From Chloroflexota bacterium (GTDB taxonomy: Bacteria; Chloroflexota; UBA11872; VXOZ01), in assembly GCA_964291655.2 (NCBI GenBank), contig OZ219802.1:992001-1056000 (forward strand): a stretch of 64,000 bases of DNA. Direction: 5' to 3'. Positions 60,502-64,000 of this stretch are shown here, in pieces (within the stretch, counting starts at the first letter, position 1; each line of letters opens with the position of its first letter). The notes under the pieces are model-generated. The model was not told where the DNA came from. It worked only from the letters and a program-made list of their open reading frames with translations, and made no database searches. A program made the translations under genes and the position numbers.

Positions 60502-61437
60502 CTACCTTCTGATAGCCTCTCTGACTTGCGATTCTATCTCCGCTAGCGTCTCACCGGTCCAGAGTGTCAACCTGGGCAGCACAGTTTCAATGGTGATTGG
60601 CCTATGCGCGCTGTCAATCACCGCCAAAGTCTGGAGCGGACACACAATTTGCCACGGCGCACCATCAAGCACGAGTACGTAATCCTCGTCCCGCGCGAGG
60701 AATGGCTCTCTTTCTGTGTCCTGCAGTACCATGAGCGTTTGGCCGGCTTGCACCGAATGCAACGCGAAGGGATGCATCAGGTCACGCACGACCCGTACAG
60801 TCAGCCACCCCCAGCGCCCGCTTGAATCGACCGTGCTGCTCTCAATGCGGCCGTGAATGATCGGCCGGTTCATGCGCAGCACATCGCTCGCATCCGCGCA
60901 CGATGGTGCTCTCCGTGGCTCCGGCTGCGACACAACTTCAACTATAATGCGCAACACGCTCGCATCCGCCCGGGCCTCAATCTCCCAACAACCGGGGGCG
61001 GAGAATATCAAACGGCTCGGTTGAAAGTCATTGGTATACCCTGCGGGAAGCGAAGCCCAGAGCGGAGCGGAGTCACCGTCGAGACGCTGTCCCTGTATCA
61101 CCAATTGCGATCCAAGCGGCTTGATCCAGGGTACTTTGTGGCTCCCTTGTCGCCATGGCACTGCGACTGCCCAGATCTTCTTGTCGGCGCTCACGAAATA
61201 CTCACCCCGCGGCAGCGGACTAGTCTCGTGAAACAGCTCCGGTGGGTGCACCTGAATGGGTGTGGTTACCGGGCACGCCGTGCTCTGGTCAGACTGCGCT
61301 ACGCCCGTGGCCCCGGGACTTACCGTCGCGTCAGCCGACTCCGGTGGAAGCTCACCTGTCTCTATGGCGCAACCTGAGAATGCGATCGCAATGATGAGCA
61401 CGAAGACTAACCCTGCAAATCGGCGTGGTTGAACCAC
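60502..61437 (-). CDS. Hypothetical lipoprotein
   Basis: Lipobox FSGC; GQRLDG, PSRLIF..PGCWEIEA motif. Confidence 0.7.
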   Translation of the reverse strand: MVQPRRFAGLVFVLIIAIAFSGCAIETGELPPESADATVSPGATGVAQSDQSTACPVTTPIQVHPPELFHETSPLPRGEYFVSADKKIWAVAVPWRQGSHKVPWIKPLGSQLVIQGQRLDGDSAPLWASLPAGYTNDFQPSRLIFSAPGCWEIEARADASVLRIIVEVVSQPEPRRAPSCADASDVLRMNRPIIHGRIESSTVDSSGRWGWLTVRVVRDLMHPFALHSVQAGQTLMVLQDTEREPFLARDEDYVLVLDGAPWQIVCPLQTLAVIDSAHRPITIETVLPRLTLWTGETLAEIESQVREAIRR

Positions 61438-61659
61438 TCTCTCATCCTTTCTGTACTAGGGTGGTGCCCGTCGCGCCATTACCTCTGCAGTCAGAAAAGC
61501 TCACTACCCGCGGCACACCCCCCCTGAAGACTCAGGCTCTCCGCACTCTGAGAAACCGCGCCGTCACCTACCTAAATTCTACACATCGCCAAGCCGAGTG
61601 CGGTACCATGAGAGGTGCATTTCTTCATTAGATTCACGCAAGTCAGGAGCCGGAAATAG

Positions 61660-62979
61660 ATGATTGAAGTAGCAGATCGGGTGTTGCCCGTTTCCGCAGA
61701 AGTGTCCGACAGCGGCGTACTTGCCATAGGCGGAATGCCTGTCACGGAACTGGCAAAGGAATTCGGCACGCCGCTCTATATCTATGACGAAGCAACCCTG
61801 CGCACGAACATGCGCCGTTATGTAAATGCCCTCAACGCCAATTACCCGGATGCCCTCCCACTCTACGCCAGCAAGGCGTATTCCGACCCCCACGTGGTCA
61901 AGATCGCCGCTGAAGAGGGCATGGGGCTGGACGTGGTGTCGGCGGGTGAAATCGCGGTTGCTGTTGCTGCCGGTTTCCCGTTGGAACGCATGTACTTCCA
62001 CGGCAACAACAAGCTGCCGGAAGAGCTTGCCTACGCGCTGGAAGTCGGCGTGGGACGCATCGTGGTGGATAACTTCTACGAGATCGACCTGCTCAATTCC
62101 ATCGCGGGCGAAGCCGGGAAGCGGGCGCAAATACTGCTGCGCATCGGCCCCGGCGTCGAGGCGCACACCCACGATTACATCAAGACCGGCGCGCTCGATT
62201 CCAAGTTCGGGTTTGCGCTGCCCATCGGCCAAGCCGAAGAGGCCGTCAAGCGGGCACAAGCTGCCCCGCACCTGGACCTCATCGGCATCCACGCCCACAT
62301 TGGCAGCCAGATTTTCGACATCGAGCCCTACGTAGACACTCTCGACTTGCTGATTCAGTTCGCGCAAGAGATGGCCGACAAATACGGCCTCTCGGTCCAG
62401 GAGCTTTCGCCCGGCGGCGGCTGGGGCATTCGCTACACCGGCGCCGACGACCCGCCGCCCATCGAAGACCTGGCGGAAACGGTGACGGCCACAGTGAAGG
62501 ACCGCATGGCCGCGTTGGGCTGGGAGCTGCCGCGCCTGGTGGTGGAACCGGGACGCTCCATCGTGGGACAGGCCGGCGTCGGCCTCTACACGGTAGGGTC
62601 GAGCAAGACGATTCCGGATTTGCGCAAATACGTCGCGGTGGACGGCGGCATGGCGGATAATATCCGACCGGCGCTCTACGACGCGCTCTATACCGTGCTT
62701 GTCGGCAACCGCATGCACGATCCTGCTGAGGAGACGGTGACCATCGCCGGCCGTTACTGCGAGAGCGGCGACGTGCTTTTCAAAGACATCGAAATGCCCA
62801 AGCTCAACCCCGGCGACCTGATCGCCGTGCCCAGTTCCGGCGCGTACTGCCTTGCCATGTCCAGCAACTATAATCTGGTGCCGCGGCCGGCAGTGGTGCT
62901 TGTGAATGACGGCAGCGCCCGCTTGATCCGCCGCCGCGAGACCCTGGACGATCTGATCCAACCGCACCTGGACGTCTAG
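61660..62979 (+). CDS. lysA: Diaminopimelate decarboxylase
   Basis: FGTPLYIYD, YASKA, SKFG, HIGSQ, EPGRS, CESGD, GAY..MSSNYN. Confidence 0.97.
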   Translation: MIEVADRVLPVSAEVSDSGVLAIGGMPVTELAKEFGTPLYIYDEATLRTNMRRYVNALNANYPDALPLYASKAYSDPHVVKIAAEEGMGLDVVSAGEIAVAVAAGFPLERMYFHGNNKLPEELAYALEVGVGRIVVDNFYEIDLLNSIAGEAGKRAQILLRIGPGVEAHTHDYIKTGALDSKFGFALPIGQAEEAVKRAQAAPHLDLIGIHAHIGSQIFDIEPYVDTLDLLIQFAQEMADKYGLSVQELSPGGGWGIRYTGADDPPPIEDLAETVTATVKDRMAALGWELPRLVVEPGRSIVGQAGVGLYTVGSSKTIPDLRKYVAVDGGMADNIRPALYDALYTVLVGNRMHDPAEETVTIAGRYCESGDVLFKDIEMPKLNPGDLIAVPSSGAYCLAMSSNYNLVPRPAVVLVNDGSARLIRRRETLDDLIQPHLDV

Positions 62980-63061
62980 GGGCTGCGACAGAGCGAATTC
63001 CAGGCAGGTGACGACCCTGGCCTGTGCGGCCGGTCTCGCAATTTGATCTCGCTTTCCGGTG

Positions 63062-63091
63062 TTGACAGTGCTACCGCTGGGCGGCTATAGT
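63062..63091 (+). promoter_or_regulatory. sigma70-type promoter
   Basis: TTGACA-18 bp-TATAGT. Confidence 0.6.
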
Positions 63092-63163
63092 GATTCCGAA
63101 TGTTGAAAGATGTATTGTGTTCGGACCACGTTGCCGCAGTGCAGCGATCAAGGAGAAAGAGTC

Positions 63164-63607
63164 ATGGCAGATAAGCTCGTACCCCTGATTGGCTCATGTG
63201 AAGCCGGTCCCTTGGGAGCAGTGCACTTGCCTCGCCTGTGGCTAAAGGTCACGCTGGCGGCGAACGGCAGGCTGCCCGATGATTATGACGAGTGCGGCGC
63301 GGGCTTCGACCAGATGGTCTTAGACGGCCTCAACGTCAACCGCGACGCGGCGCTGGCCTACTTGCGGTCCAACCGGCCGTCGTACCTGGAGTTTGAGCAG
63401 TGGGTCGTGGATCAGAACGGCGGGAGCATTGCTGCGGAGACCGTCGAGGCGAGTAATGCGGCAATTCTCGGTTACAACCATGACGGTGACACGGTCGCCG
63501 GGATTTGCCATGCCACCGGCCTCGCAAATGATGGCAATATTACGGATGCTGCCACGCTAAATGCACTAGAGGACTGGCAAGAGTTACACAGCTCGCTATC
63601 CGGCTAA
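63164..63607 (+). CDS. DUF5069-like protein
   Basis: GPLGAVHLPRLWLK, GFDQMVL, PSYLEFEQWV; SD AGGAG. Confidence 0.75.
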   Translation: MADKLVPLIGSCEAGPLGAVHLPRLWLKVTLAANGRLPDDYDECGAGFDQMVLDGLNVNRDAALAYLRSNRPSYLEFEQWVVDQNGGSIAAETVEASNAAILGYNHDGDTVAGICHATGLANDGNITDAATLNALEDWQELHSSLSG

Positions 63608-63633
63608 CGTACGCATAAGGAACGACTGCAATT

Positions 63634-63676
63634 GCCGTTCGGCCTGACCATCGCGTGGGCCGAACGGCTCTTTATT
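63634..63676 (+). terminator. Intrinsic terminator-like hairpin
   Basis: gccgttcggcc...ggccgaacggc followed by tctttatt. Confidence 0.55.
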
Positions 63677-63696
63677 AATACGAAAGGGAGAGAGTC

Positions 63697-64000
63697 ATGG
63701 GAAACGACTATGGAACGGTCGGTGTTGTGGGCGTGGGTCGGATGGGTGCGAACATTGCCCGCCACCTGAATGACGAGGGCTACGCCGTATCCGCCGTCTA
63801 CGACGTGAACTCCGCCATTGCCCAGGAACTCGCCGGGGAAATCGGCGCGCAGGCCTGCGATTCGCTGGCAAACGTCACGAGCCTCGCCGACACGATCATT
63901 ACCGTCGTCACCGATGACCAGGCAATGTATACGATCTTCGCGGAAACTGGCGATAGCCTCCTGCAGGGAGCCGCCGGAAAAATCTTCGTGAACTGCGCCA
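63697..64000 (+). CDS. NAD(P)-dependent oxidoreductase, 3-hydroxyisobutyrate dehydrogenase family; partial
   Basis: Manual translation MGNDYGTVGVVGVGRMGANIA...IITVVTDD...NCA; runs off window end. Confidence 0.85.
   Translation, partial: MGNDYGTVGVVGVGRMGANIARHLNDEGYAVSAVYDVNSAIAQELAGEIGAQACDSLANVTSLADTIITVVTDDQAMYTIFAETGDSLLQGAAGKIFVNCA

Noticed and set aside
61438-61659. Lysine riboswitch before lysA
   Set aside because: An AGAGGTGC occurs but too close to the start codon, and the rest of the L-box is absent.

Overview
Bacterial chromosomal window, GC-rich (roughly 60% by eye). The gene content suggests a Chloroflexota-like organism, but that is inference. It holds mostly scattered housekeeping and metabolic genes (nfo, tsaC, proA, dcd, mutS, rho, rnhA, fabG-like, lysA, a two-component set, carbohydrate/amine catabolic enzymes). 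I saw no rRNA, tRNA or CRISPR array. The strongest structure is a nested mobile-DNA system built on one palindrome family (CCCTCTCCC-loop-GGGAGAGGG-NNGGGTGAGGG). All three IS481-family copies, one IS1182-family element and a family of short GGAGACC(T)TTGC-ended MITEs insert into this hairpin. The MITEs carry further copies of the hairpin, producing Russian-doll clusters at 21.7-24.1 kb and 41.9-44.9 kb. Other oddities: an intact ~1000-aa SF1 helicase-PLD fusion lacking most catalytic motifs; a surface-protein locus punctuated by a decayed copy of the fabG 3' end; a probable CTG start and long leader for rho; a rhomboid-SAF fusion; and several structured 5' leaders. All family assignments are by motif recognition, not database search.
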